From: Candidatus Moraniibacteriota bacterium
GTDB lineage: Bacteria > Patescibacteriota > Minisyncoccia > Moranbacterales > UBA1568
Assembly (NCBI GenBank): GCA_963743885.1
Contig: CAVURJ010000001.1
Coordinates: 204,949 to 268,948, forward strand
Direction of reading: 5' to 3'
Length of the DNA stretch: 64,000 nucleotides
Position numbers and translations under genes: made by a program. Shown in pieces: positions 16,053 to 24,607 of this stretch. The notes under the pieces are model-generated. The model searched no databases. It was not told where the DNA came from and saw only the letters and a list, made by a program, of their open reading frames with translations. Each line of letters begins with the position of its first letter. Positions within the stretch are counted from its first letter, which is position 1.

Positions 16053-17748
16053 AGGCCGCGGGACGCTCGTCCTCCGGCCAAGCGATCACATCGCGACGGG
16101 CGGGGAGGGTTCGGTATACCGTGCCGGAGGCATGGTCGTGAAGGTCTACACCGATCCAGCACATATGCAGCGGGATGATATGGCCGGCAAGATCAGGCTG
16201 CTTTCTGGCCTGAAGCATCCGTCCATCGTCGCGCCGCACGGATTGGCGCTCGGCCAGAGCGGCGAGCCGATCGGGTACTACATGCCCTTCGTCCCGGGCG
16301 AGCCGCTGACACGCGCATTCACGAACGATTTCCGTATCCGCGAGGGTTTCGGTGATCGGGAGACGAGGCAGCTCGTCGATCGGATGCGCGAGACGGTTCG
16401 GTTCGCCCATGGAAGACAGGCTATCCTCGTCGATGCGAATGAGCTCAACTGGCTCGTGAAGCCGGGCAGCAAGAATGGTCCCGAGCCGTACGTCATCGAC
16501 GTCGATTCTTGGGCGGTCGGTCGGTGGCCAGCGAAGGTCATCATGCCATCCATCCGTGATTGGCAGTCAAAGGGATTCGACGAGGGGACGGACTGGTTCG
16601 CCTGGGGAGTTGTCACCTTTCAGGTGTTCTCAGGCATTCATCCGTACAAGGGCAGTCTGGATGGGTATAAGCGCGGTGATCTGGAAGGCCGGATGCGGGC
16701 GAAGGCTTCGGTCTTCACGCCAGGCATCGGGCTCAACCAGGCAGTGCGGGACTTCTCGTCCATTCCTGGGCCGCTCCTCAATTGGTATGAGGCGGCGTTT
16801 CAGGGGAGCGAGCGGTCAGAGCCGCCATCGCCGTTTCAGACCGGAGCACCGACAGCGAAATTGGCTCCGGTACGGCGAGCGGTCGCGACGGCCCAGGGAC
16901 TACTCGTCTACGACAAGTTGTTCGATGGCACGGGCGATCCGGCGATCAGAGTCTTCCCTTCCGGTGTCGTCATGACCAAGAAGGGGCGGCTCATCGACCT
17001 CTCCACGAAGCGTGAGATCGGGCAACCGCTCTCACGTGACGGCGAGGTCATCCGGGTGGAGGGCGGCTGGCTCAAGGCGGACTGGAAGGGCGGGCAGGCG
17101 GAGTACTCATTCGTCTCGAACACCCTTTCCGAAGAAGCCGTCTCGGTCCAAGCGAGCGTCTATCGCGTCGTGCGAAGTAGCAATCGGATGTTCGCAGTGA
17201 CGGACACGGGCCTCACCGAGCTCACCGTGCGTCTGTTCGCTCGCCCAGTGCTCTCGCTCGGACGGACATGGGGCGTCATGCGTCATGCTCTCCGGTGGTT
17301 CGACGGTGTGGGCGTGCAGGATGCTCTCGGGGCGATGTATCTCGTCGCACCGTTCGGCACCGAAAGCTGCGCGTACGTGCGGGTACCCGAGCTCGACGGG
17401 CTCCGGGTGATCGCTGCCAAGGCCGGGCATCGTTTCGTCTCAGCCATCGCGGCCGATGTGAACGGGATGTATCGGAAGCTCGAGTTCGCATTCGATAGCG
17501 AGTACCGGAGCTATACGCTGTGGCAGGGCGTGACGGATGATCCGGATCCCAATATCGCCATCCTGCCCAAGGGAGTGTGTGCCACGATTGTGGAGGACGG
17601 TGAGCTCGTCATCTTCGTCCCGGCGAACGGCCAGACGAACAAGGTGAAGGATCACCGCATCACGACCGCTCTCGCCCTCGCCAACTGGGAGGATCGAGTG
17701 GTCTACGTCTCCCAAGGCGAAGTGTGGCAGGTGCGACTCAAGCAGTAG
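16015..17748 (+). CDS. atypical protein-kinase-like protein with a ~300-aa beta-rich C-terminal domain
   Basis: GGEGSVYRA glycine loop, VKVY, HGRQAILVDANELNWLV catalytic-loop-like, IDVDSWAV, and DWFAWGVVTFQVFSGIHPY. RBS aaggagg precedes ATG 16015. The start overlaps the PP2C gene end. Confidence 0.6.
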   Translation: MAQAKSNLKVTLEGRGTLVLRPSDHIATGGEGSVYRAGGMVVKVYTDPAHMQRDDMAGKIRLLSGLKHPSIVAPHGLALGQSGEPIGYYMPFVPGEPLTRAFTNDFRIREGFGDRETRQLVDRMRETVRFAHGRQAILVDANELNWLVKPGSKNGPEPYVIDVDSWAVGRWPAKVIMPSIRDWQSKGFDEGTDWFAWGVVTFQVFSGIHPYKGSLDGYKRGDLEGRMRAKASVFTPGIGLNQAVRDFSSIPGPLLNWYEAAFQGSERSEPPSPFQTGAPTAKLAPVRRAVATAQGLLVYDKLFDGTGDPAIRVFPSGVVMTKKGRLIDLSTKREIGQPLSRDGEVIRVEGGWLKADWKGGQAEYSFVSNTLSEEAVSVQASVYRVVRSSNRMFAVTDTGLTELTVRLFARPVLSLGRTWGVMRHALRWFDGVGVQDALGAMYLVAPFGTESCAYVRVPELDGLRVIAAKAGHRFVSAIAADVNGMYRKLEFAFDSEYRSYTLWQGVTDDPDPNIAILPKGVCATIVEDGELVIFVPANGQTNKVKDHRITTALALANWEDRVVYVSQGEVWQVRLKQ

Positions 17749-17897
17749 CAGTATACCGGGGAATGGCTGAAACTAGCCTTCCCCGGATTTTTTTGTGACT
17801 ACGCGCTATTGACAGGATGGTATTTGCGTGATATTTTTATCCGTTATTTAAAAATTTTTACAACCACGCAGGATCCTTCAAGAAAGGGAGGAATGTC

Positions 17898-19052
17898 ATG
17901 GAAGTAGTGTACGCGAAAGAAAAGGCCCCGGAGGGGTATACGAAGTCGCTGTTCTTGGCTGGGCCGACCCCTCGCGATGCCTGGGTATCGTCTTGGAGGC
18001 CGGAAGCACTGGCAATCCTCGAAGCGAGCGGCTATGACGGCGTCGTCTTCGTTCCTGAAGCACGCGATGGCAAGTGGGCGAAGGGATACGAGGATCAGGT
18101 GGAATGGGAAGAGAAGCATCTCAACATGGCGGACTGCATTGTTTTCTGGGTTCCCCGGGAGATGAACACCATGCCGGCCCTGACCACCAACACCGAATGG
18201 GGCGTATGGCAGGATAGCGGCAAAGTCGTTTTCGGCGCCCCGGAGCATGCCGAGAAGGTCCGTTACCAGATCTATTACGCCAACCAGTTCAAGGTGTCCA
18301 TCAGTAGCAGCATCGAGGATACCATTCGGAGCGCGTTGTCGTTCATCGGCGAAGGCGTTTTGCGGTCTGGTGGCGAAAGAGATGTCCCTCTTTTCATCTG
18401 GAAGACGCCTCATTTCCAAGCGTGGTATTCCGCGCAGAAGAATGCGGGCAACAGGCTGGATGGTGCGAGGGTAGTCTGGACGTTCCGTGTAGGACCCAAC
18501 AGGAATTTCGTTTTCTTCTGGGCTCTCCACGTTGACGTCTTCATCGCCAGTGAGAACCGCAACAAGACCAACGAAGTCGTCCTTTCCAGGCCGGATATAG
18601 CGACTGTTGTGATGTATCGGCGAGCGGTGACGCTCGAAGAGACGACGGTCGTCTTGATCCGGGAATTCCGCAGTCCGGCGGCGACTGTCGACGGCTATGT
18701 CTGGGAAATACCAGGCGGGTCGTCATTCAAGCCGAAGGGCAATCCTCTGGAGTTGGCGGCGGCGGAATGCGAGGAGGAGACGGGACTGAGCGTGGATCCC
18801 ACACGGGTTTCTTTCCATAACGTACGCCAGCTCGTGGCGACGCTCTCTGCCCACAAGGCGCACGTATTTTCTGTCGAGATCACCTCGGAGGAAGTCGCTG
18901 CGCTTGAGGAGCAGAAAGGTATTCCGCACGGGGTACTGGAGGACACGGAAAGGACGTATGTGGAAGTCACGACCCTCGGCGAAATCCTCAAGCAGAACAA
19001 GGTCGACTGGTCCATGCTCGGGATGATCCTCTCCGTCATCAACCAGCGATAG
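17898..19052 (+). CDS. fusion of a nucleoside 2-deoxyribosyltransferase/DNPH1-like N-glycosidase domain and a Nudix hydrolase
   Basis: N-terminal flavodoxin-like region LFLAGP...YDGVVFVPE...EWEEKHLNMADCIVFWV...TEWGVWQDSGKVVFGAPE. C-terminal Nudix box GGSSFKPKGNPLELAAAECEEETGL. RBS aagggagg is upstream. Confidence 0.6.
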   Translation: MEVVYAKEKAPEGYTKSLFLAGPTPRDAWVSSWRPEALAILEASGYDGVVFVPEARDGKWAKGYEDQVEWEEKHLNMADCIVFWVPREMNTMPALTTNTEWGVWQDSGKVVFGAPEHAEKVRYQIYYANQFKVSISSSIEDTIRSALSFIGEGVLRSGGERDVPLFIWKTPHFQAWYSAQKNAGNRLDGARVVWTFRVGPNRNFVFFWALHVDVFIASENRNKTNEVVLSRPDIATVVMYRRAVTLEETTVVLIREFRSPAATVDGYVWEIPGGSSFKPKGNPLELAAAECEEETGLSVDPTRVSFHNVRQLVATLSAHKAHVFSVEITSEEVAALEEQKGIPHGVLEDTERTYVEVTTLGEILKQNKVDWSMLGMILSVINQR

Positions 19053-19077
19053 TTATCTGGCGAACTAGCCAGACGAA

Positions 19078-19116
19078 CCCCATAGGCTGCAAAGCTTATG
19101 GGGGATTTTTTTATGA
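19078..19116 (+). terminator. rho-independent terminator
   Basis: The sequence ccccataggctgcaaagcttatggggg is followed by attttttt. Confidence 0.55.
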
Positions 19117-19240
19117 AAATATTAGCGTACCTGGATCATGTGCGTTTTTTGTTTGGGAGGAATATACTTGGGGTAGAAGTAGAAAATGTGGTCACCCCCC
19201 ATCCATTAGGGGAAACTAGCTCTAAGGAATAAAGAAAGAC

Positions 19241-19927
19241 ATGGGAGTAAATCTAAACGAAAATAAACTCCGAAAAGCTGAAGTAGAGGCTTTCAAAAAT
19301 GGCATCAGGCTACATTTTGATGCCATTAAGCTTTTTGAGAATAAATCGTATCCCAGCGCCTATGCCCTATCGGTTTTATCTTTGGAGGAATTCGGAAAAC
19401 AACGTCTAATTGATGAAATACTCTTTCGTTACATTGAGCATAAGGGAGAATTTGAAAACGATAAACAGTTTACTGATTTTTGTAAGGATTTTGAAAACGG
19501 GATGTTAAGTCATTCTTTGAAACAGGGATTTGCTGTATCAGACGATTTTCCGTTCATGAGGGGACGTAACAGAATGCAGAGAGGATTTTTATATAAAATG
19601 TTTAATCACAAGAATGGAAGGAAATTGATTGATGGTTGGAAAATGAGATCAATTTATGTCGGGTTTGAACACAATAGCTTAAAAGGGAGAATACAAACAC
19701 CGCTAAGCTTTATTAAGAGAAAAAAAGCACAAGATCAAATAACCGCCATAAATGATTATTTAGTAAATTTTATAATTTACCTTAGACAAGGCAGATGGAC
19801 GCTCGATAATGAAAATCTTATGAGGTTTTATAACACCAATCTTTTGAATAAACTCGTTGATATTTGGAAGAACAGACATGAGGACACTAGAAGCAGGCTA
19901 GATACCTTTTTGAGTTCTCGGAAGTAA
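19241..19927 (+). CDS. AbiV-like abortive-infection protein (tentative)
   Basis: AIKLFENKSYPSAYALSVLSLEEFGKQ is reminiscent of the AbiV-family N-terminus. First gene of a low-GC island. Confidence 0.3.
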   Translation: MGVNLNENKLRKAEVEAFKNGIRLHFDAIKLFENKSYPSAYALSVLSLEEFGKQRLIDEILFRYIEHKGEFENDKQFTDFCKDFENGMLSHSLKQGFAVSDDFPFMRGRNRMQRGFLYKMFNHKNGRKLIDGWKMRSIYVGFEHNSLKGRIQTPLSFIKRKKAQDQITAINDYLVNFIIYLRQGRWTLDNENLMRFYNTNLLNKLVDIWKNRHEDTRSRLDTFLSSRK

Positions 19928-20050
19928 TAATTGGTTAATGATTTTTTTGCTAATTTTTTGTTTGAATTGATTGCGTGATATAGTAAAGGCAGTTGACAAA
20001 GGTAAGAGATTTTTATTATAGGTAGCTAATTAAGGCCATAAAATATTTTT

Positions 20051-20563
20051 ATGATAAATGTAAATAAAATAAACGATATATTAGGATTTTTTTCGGACAA
20101 TGTTTCGGATCTAACTGTTACTAAGATAATGAAGTTATTTTATTATGTTGATTTTGTTTCTTTTGCAGAAAAAAATACTTCTGTTACAAACGATGTTTAT
20201 TATAAGCTTCCTTACGGTCCAATTCCCTCTTTTATTAAAAACGAGATCAACACTCTGACTTTCAAAACCATGCTTGGAGCAGAGGCTGGAGATTTGCAAA
20301 TTTCAAAAAATTTCGGAGTGGAACAGAAAAAGATAGGCAAGTATGATGCTTATGTTGTTAAAAATAATGGAAAAAAGAGTTCTCTTGAGAACTTATCTGG
20401 TTATGAGGTAGAACTCATAAAAAGGATATTAAATAAGTTTGGAAAGAAAACGGCAAAGGAACTAACTGATCGTACTCACAAAGAGAAACCATATCTTTTG
20501 ACAAATGAAAATTCAATTATTGATTATAAACTTGCTAGTTTTCTTAATACCAGTTCTATTTAA
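20051..20563 (+). CDS. Panacea-domain (DUF4065, SocA-like) protein, a putative antitoxin
   Basis: TKIMKLFYYVDFVSFAEKNTSVTNDVYYKLPYGPIPSFI matches the Panacea/DUF4065 pattern. Confidence 0.55.
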   Translation: MINVNKINDILGFFSDNVSDLTVTKIMKLFYYVDFVSFAEKNTSVTNDVYYKLPYGPIPSFIKNEINTLTFKTMLGAEAGDLQISKNFGVEQKKIGKYDAYVVKNNGKKSSLENLSGYEVELIKRILNKFGKKTAKELTDRTHKEKPYLLTNENSIIDYKLASFLNTSSI

Positions 20564-20568
20564 CAAGT

Positions 20569-21117
20569 ATGGGAGACTACGGGTTTGGCGATGTTTATGA
20601 TTGCAGAAATGTTCCAGAAGTGGAACATTTTATTGTTATATTAGGATTTCAGGAAATTAAGGGGAAGAAGATTATATTTTATGAAAAAGTAACTTCACGA
20701 GTTTATAAAGCCTTCAAGAAACTCAGTGATTTTTTTGAGGGTAACTGTAATGGGCAATGCAAGAAGTTCAAGCATAATTTCAAAGATAAGACCCCCATTT
20801 TCCATTACGGGAAATTATGCTTTACGTTATTTTTAGATAAGGACGAAAACTATCTCAATGAAGATAGCATGGTTGTGATAAAGGGTGATCCAGAGAAGAC
20901 GGACGAAACTATTATGGAGCAATGGATTAAGGCCGGACTAGCTAAATCGAAAACGAGAATTTCAAATGTAGACATTTATAAGTTAATGGCTATATTAAAT
21001 AACTCGGATAATTTAAGTAGTCCAGTAATCCATCATATCCGTCTCGCCTTTAGTGGGGTTGATAAAATGATAAAGATGCAAAACCTTCAGAAGGCTAGTA
21101 AGAAAAAGAAGAAATAG
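20569..21117 (+). CDS. hypothetical protein, candidate toxin partner of the Panacea protein
   Basis: Starts 6 bp downstream of the Panacea gene on the same strand. No recognisable domain. Lys-rich tail. Confidence 0.4.
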   Translation: MGDYGFGDVYDCRNVPEVEHFIVILGFQEIKGKKIIFYEKVTSRVYKAFKKLSDFFEGNCNGQCKKFKHNFKDKTPIFHYGKLCFTLFLDKDENYLNEDSMVVIKGDPEKTDETIMEQWIKAGLAKSKTRISNVDIYKLMAILNNSDNLSSPVIHHIRLAFSGVDKMIKMQNLQKASKKKKK

Positions 21118-21158
21118 TGGTTTGTAAAAAGAAGAAAAGGGAGAAGAAAAGGGGTCAA

Positions 21159-21240
21159 GTACCTTTTTAAGAAAGAAATGACACACCCGAGGCGCGGGAA
21201 GAATCTTTCATGACGGATCGGTCCGGCCCGCAGCATCGCA
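21159..21240 (+). repeat. island repeat copy A (~100 bp) with an embedded SD plus mini-ORF MTHPRRGKNLS* (21178-21213)
   Basis: About 85% identical to 22326-22432 and 23258-23367. Followed by hairpin terminators at 21286-21320. Confidence 0.6.
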
Positions 21241-21491
21241 AGACTAGAGAATGGGTTAAGTAGAACAATTTCCCCACTACAAAAAGTAACACGAAATGAC
21301 GGCCGTCGTTTCGTGTAACATTTTTGTTTTGATTTACCCTGTGAAATCCGACTTTGTCGGTCCGCCTACTGGCGGAATTTCACAGGGTGAATATTGACCG
21401 GTTTTCATGGCTGGATGTATACTTATATATGTAAGTCATGTAAACATCTTGGTTACCTGAGAAGTTGGTAACGGGATGAGCAAAAACAATT

Positions 21492-22299
21492 ATGAAAAAG
21501 ATAGAAGTGCAGGGGATTGAGATAGCCATAGTCTCTCAAAAAGAGCATGACTATATCTCTTTGGCTGATATGCTGAGAGCGAAAGATGGGGATTTCTTCA
21601 TATCTGATTGGCTGAGAAATAGGAATACGGTCGAATTTTTAGGAATCTGGGAACGGATTAATAACCCGGATTTTAATTATGGCGAATTCGCCATAATTAA
21701 AAGCCAAGCAGGGCTCAATAGCTATAAAATCAGTGTTAAGGAATGGGTGAAGAAAACGAGGGCTAGGATTGAAATCAACAGCCGGACGATATGGCGGAAC
21801 TTTCGCTCATAAGGATATTGCCTTCGAATTTGGTATGTGGATATCGCCGGAATTCAAGTTGTACCTTATTAAGGAGTTCCAGCGACTGAAAGTTGAGGAA
21901 AATGAAAGACTGATACTAGGTTGGGACGTGAAGCGGATGCTGACGAAGATGAACTATAAGATTCATACGGATGCGATAAACGAGAACATTGTCATTCCAC
22001 AGAAACTGTCGCAGAAGGATGCGAATATGACGTATGCGAATGAGGCGGACGTTTTGAATATGGCGCTTTTTGGCATGACAGCGAAAGCCTGGAGAGATAA
22101 GAATAGGAAAAAGGAAGGGAACATGCGGGACTATGCTGATGTGACGCAGCTCGTGTGTCTCGCCAATCTTGAGGGGTTGAATGCGGAGTTCGTCAGGATG
22201 GGAATGACGCAAAAAGAACGATTGCTCAGGTTGAATGAGGCAGCGATAGCGCAGATGAAATCGCTTTCGGGAAACAAGAATATCCGGAAGTTTCTATAA
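21492..22299 (+). pseudogene. KilA-N domain protein interrupted by a frameshift (ORFs 21492-21812 and 21769-22299)
   Basis: N-part ISLADMLRAKDGDFFISDWLRNRNTVEFL and C-part GGTFAHKDIAFEFGMWISPEFKLYLIKEFQRL together form one KilA-N domain. The two frames overlap at 21769-21812. Confidence 0.55.
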
Positions 22300-22325
22300 G
22301 AATTGAGAAGATAAGGAATCGAACG

Positions 22326-22432
22326 CCTTTTCAAGGAAGAAATGATGCATCCGAGGCGTGGGAAGGATCTTCTGTGACGAATCGATCCGGTCCGCAGCAT
22401 CGCGGGAGCAGGGGAATCTGAATATCACCCAG
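22326..22432 (+). repeat. island repeat copy B with mini-ORF MMHPRRGKDLL* (22342-22377), followed by a terminator
   Basis: See copy A. Downstream aaaacagccctgtctagagctgtttttt is a terminator. Then comes the palindrome gttaactattgactatatagttaac. Confidence 0.6.
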
Positions 22433-22553
22433 TAAAACAGCCCTGTCTAGAGCTGTTTTTTGTATCGAGAAAGAAAGTCTTGTTAACTGCTGTAGTGTAA
22501 GTATTCTATTGTTAACTATTGACTATATAGTTAACATATGTTAACATAAGGAT

Positions 22554-22808
22554 ATGGAAAAACAATTCTATACAACCAAAGAGATTTCGGAGTTGCTTGG
22601 CGTTAGCCGAGTGACTGTTTTCAAACAGATCAAATCTGGAAAGATTAAGGCTCAGAAAGTCGGGCGTAACTATATCATCCTCAAAGAGGACATGCCGGAA
22701 ATGCTGAACAAATCGTTGAAAGAATTTGATAAATCGAATATTCAGGATGCAGTGAAAAAAGTGGTAGACGAGTACAGCGAGACCCTTAAGCTTCTTGGGA
22801 AGGAATGA
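22554..22808 (+). CDS. HTH (excisionase/MerR-type) DNA-binding protein, putative Phd-like antitoxin
   Basis: YTTKEISELLGVSRVTVFKQIKSGKIKAQKVGRNYII HTH. Its stop overlaps the start of the Doc gene. Confidence 0.6.
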   Translation: MEKQFYTTKEISELLGVSRVTVFKQIKSGKIKAQKVGRNYIILKEDMPEMLNKSLKEFDKSNIQDAVKKVVDEYSETLKLLGKE

Positions 22809-23269
22809 GAATAAAGCAGATCTCAATCGTAGAGGTGGAGTATGTGGCGCATCGTCTTGCGCAGGAGACGATGAAGTGGAGCGAGCCCATACCTGATTTC
22901 AGCACTCGTTATCCGAGAGTGCTTGAGAGCTGTCTCGCAGCTCCTTTTCAGACATTCAGTCGGAAAGTTTTGTATAAAGGTCTTCATGGAAAAGCCGCCA
23001 TGTTGTTTTATCTGATGGTGAAGAACCATCCTTTTGAGAATGGAAATAAGAGGATTGCGATGACAACACTTCTTTATTTCCTGTATAAGAACGGGAAATG
23101 GATCAAAGCGGATGAAATGGAGTTTTATAATTTCGCGAGATGGGTGGCTGAGAGCAGCCCGAAGTTCAAGGATGAGACTGTTGCGGCTGTTCGGAAATTC
23201 GTTACGACTAATATGATAGACGTCGCTACTCAAGCATTAGAAAAGAAAGAGGATCGAGTACCTTTTTAA
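22805..23269 (+). CDS. doc: Doc (death-on-curing) family toxin (Fic fold)
   Basis: Doc variant motif HPFENGNKRIAMTTLLYFLYKNG. Translationally coupled to the upstream HTH gene. Confidence 0.8.
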   Translation: MRIKQISIVEVEYVAHRLAQETMKWSEPIPDFSTRYPRVLESCLAAPFQTFSRKVLYKGLHGKAAMLFYLMVKNHPFENGNKRIAMTTLLYFLYKNGKWIKADEMEFYNFARWVAESSPKFKDETVAAVRKFVTTNMIDVATQALEKKEDRVPF

Positions 23270-23367
23270 GGAAGAAAAGATGCATCCGAGGCGCGGGAAG
23301 AATCTTCCATGATGGATCGGCCCAGTCCGCAGTATCGCGGGAGCAGGAGAATCTGAATATCACCCAG
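23258..23367 (+). repeat. island repeat copy C with mini-ORF MHPRRGKNLP* (23280-23312)
   Basis: The repeat begins inside the last codons of doc (RVPF*), which means it supplies the doc stop codon. Confidence 0.6.
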
Positions 23368-23469
23368 CAAAACAGCCTTCATTTGAGGATTGTTTTTTGT
23401 TCCCTGCAATGGATGTTCTGATTAGGTGCTTAAAAATGGCTTGATATAAGGACATTGTGCATATACTGG

Positions 23470-23579
23470 GAAAATATGTAAAAAGTAGTGAATATTGTTA
23501 TATTTATGAGTAAATTCACTAAATATTGACAAAAAGTAGTGAATATACTACAATTAACGCATACTATTCACTAAAAAAT
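23470..23579 (+). promoter_or_regulatory. promoter (TTGACA 23526-23531, TACAAT 23549-23554) flanked by AGTAGTGAATAT / ATTCACTAAA inverted and direct repeats
   Basis: aaaaagtagtgaatat occurs twice, and attcactaaa occurs twice in inverted orientation to it. This looks like an operator architecture upstream of the Fic gene. Confidence 0.45.
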
Positions 23580-24461
23580 ATGGCAATCACTCAACCGATT
23601 AAGAATCGTATCCAAGCGTTGAAGAAGGAGTTTGATGCCTTGAAAAAAGGAAGGGAATCGCTTTTGGTGCTGCTTGATGAAGCCGAGATTCCGGAAAGCG
23701 TCTATAATTCCAACGCTATTGAGAATTCGACGCTTACGCTCAAGGAGACGGAGAAGATCCTACTTGATGTATCGGTGTCGCGCGACGTATCGGTGCGGGA
23801 AGTTTTTGAGACGAAGAATCTCGCTCGCGTCATCAACTATATCCGCACGAAATCCCAAGGAAAAGAGATCGATAGGGAAATGGTCCTGCTGTTGCACCAG
23901 ATGCTCATCGGGGGCATCAAAGATGAAATCGCGGGACGCTTCCGGACAAAAGGGGAGTATGTCCGGGTAGGAACATATATTGCTCCGGCACCGGAGCATG
24001 TAGAGCTGATGATCGCTTCAATCTTTTCTGGATACGAAAGCGAGCATGATTCGTATTTTCTCGATAAGATGGCAAAGTTCCATCTGGACTTTGAGAATAT
24101 CCATCCATTCTGCGATGGCAACGGCCGCATCGGTCGGGTGCTTGCCTGTTACCAATTGCTTCGATTGGGATTTCCTTTGATTATCATTCGGGACAAGGAA
24201 AAGGAAATGTACTACCAGGCATTTGCTGATTATCGCGATGGAAAGAATACGAAGACGATGGAAAAGGTGTTTTCGCTGGCACTTACGGAATCACTGTATA
24301 AACGCATTACGTATTTGAAGGGAGAAAAAATCATGACACTCGCTGACTATGTGAAGAAACACAAAAAATCAGCCGCTGCCATGTCGAATGCTGCTCGTCG
24401 TCAGAACATACCAGCTTTCCGCGAAAAGGGCGTTTGGAAGATCGGGGAGAAGTTTAGATGA
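23580..24461 (+). CDS. Fic family protein
   Basis: HPFCDGNGRIGRVLACYQL. Start is taken at MAITQPIKN; the TTG at 23526 in the ORF track is the -35 box. Confidence 0.85.
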   Translation: MAITQPIKNRIQALKKEFDALKKGRESLLVLLDEAEIPESVYNSNAIENSTLTLKETEKILLDVSVSRDVSVREVFETKNLARVINYIRTKSQGKEIDREMVLLLHQMLIGGIKDEIAGRFRTKGEYVRVGTYIAPAPEHVELMIASIFSGYESEHDSYFLDKMAKFHLDFENIHPFCDGNGRIGRVLACYQLLRLGFPLIIIRDKEKEMYYQAFADYRDGKNTKTMEKVFSLALTESLYKRITYLKGEKIMTLADYVKKHKKSAAAMSNAARRQNIPAFREKGVWKIGEKFR

Positions 24462-24483
24462 AATTAAGAGTCGGAGCGTCCAG

Positions 24484-24520
24484 CAAAACAGTCCTCATCC
24501 GGGGGGGGGCTGTTTTTTTG
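24484..24520 (+). terminator. rho-independent terminator at the right edge of the low-GC island
   Basis: The sequence aaaacagtcctcatccgggggggggctgttttttt. Confidence 0.55.
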
Positions 24521-24607
24521 TCTGAAGCGTTTGTCATTGACCGCGGTGGGCATCTGATGTAGGCTGTTCTTTCGAAGTTCTTTGATTACGATAGTGGAGG
24601 ATGAGTC

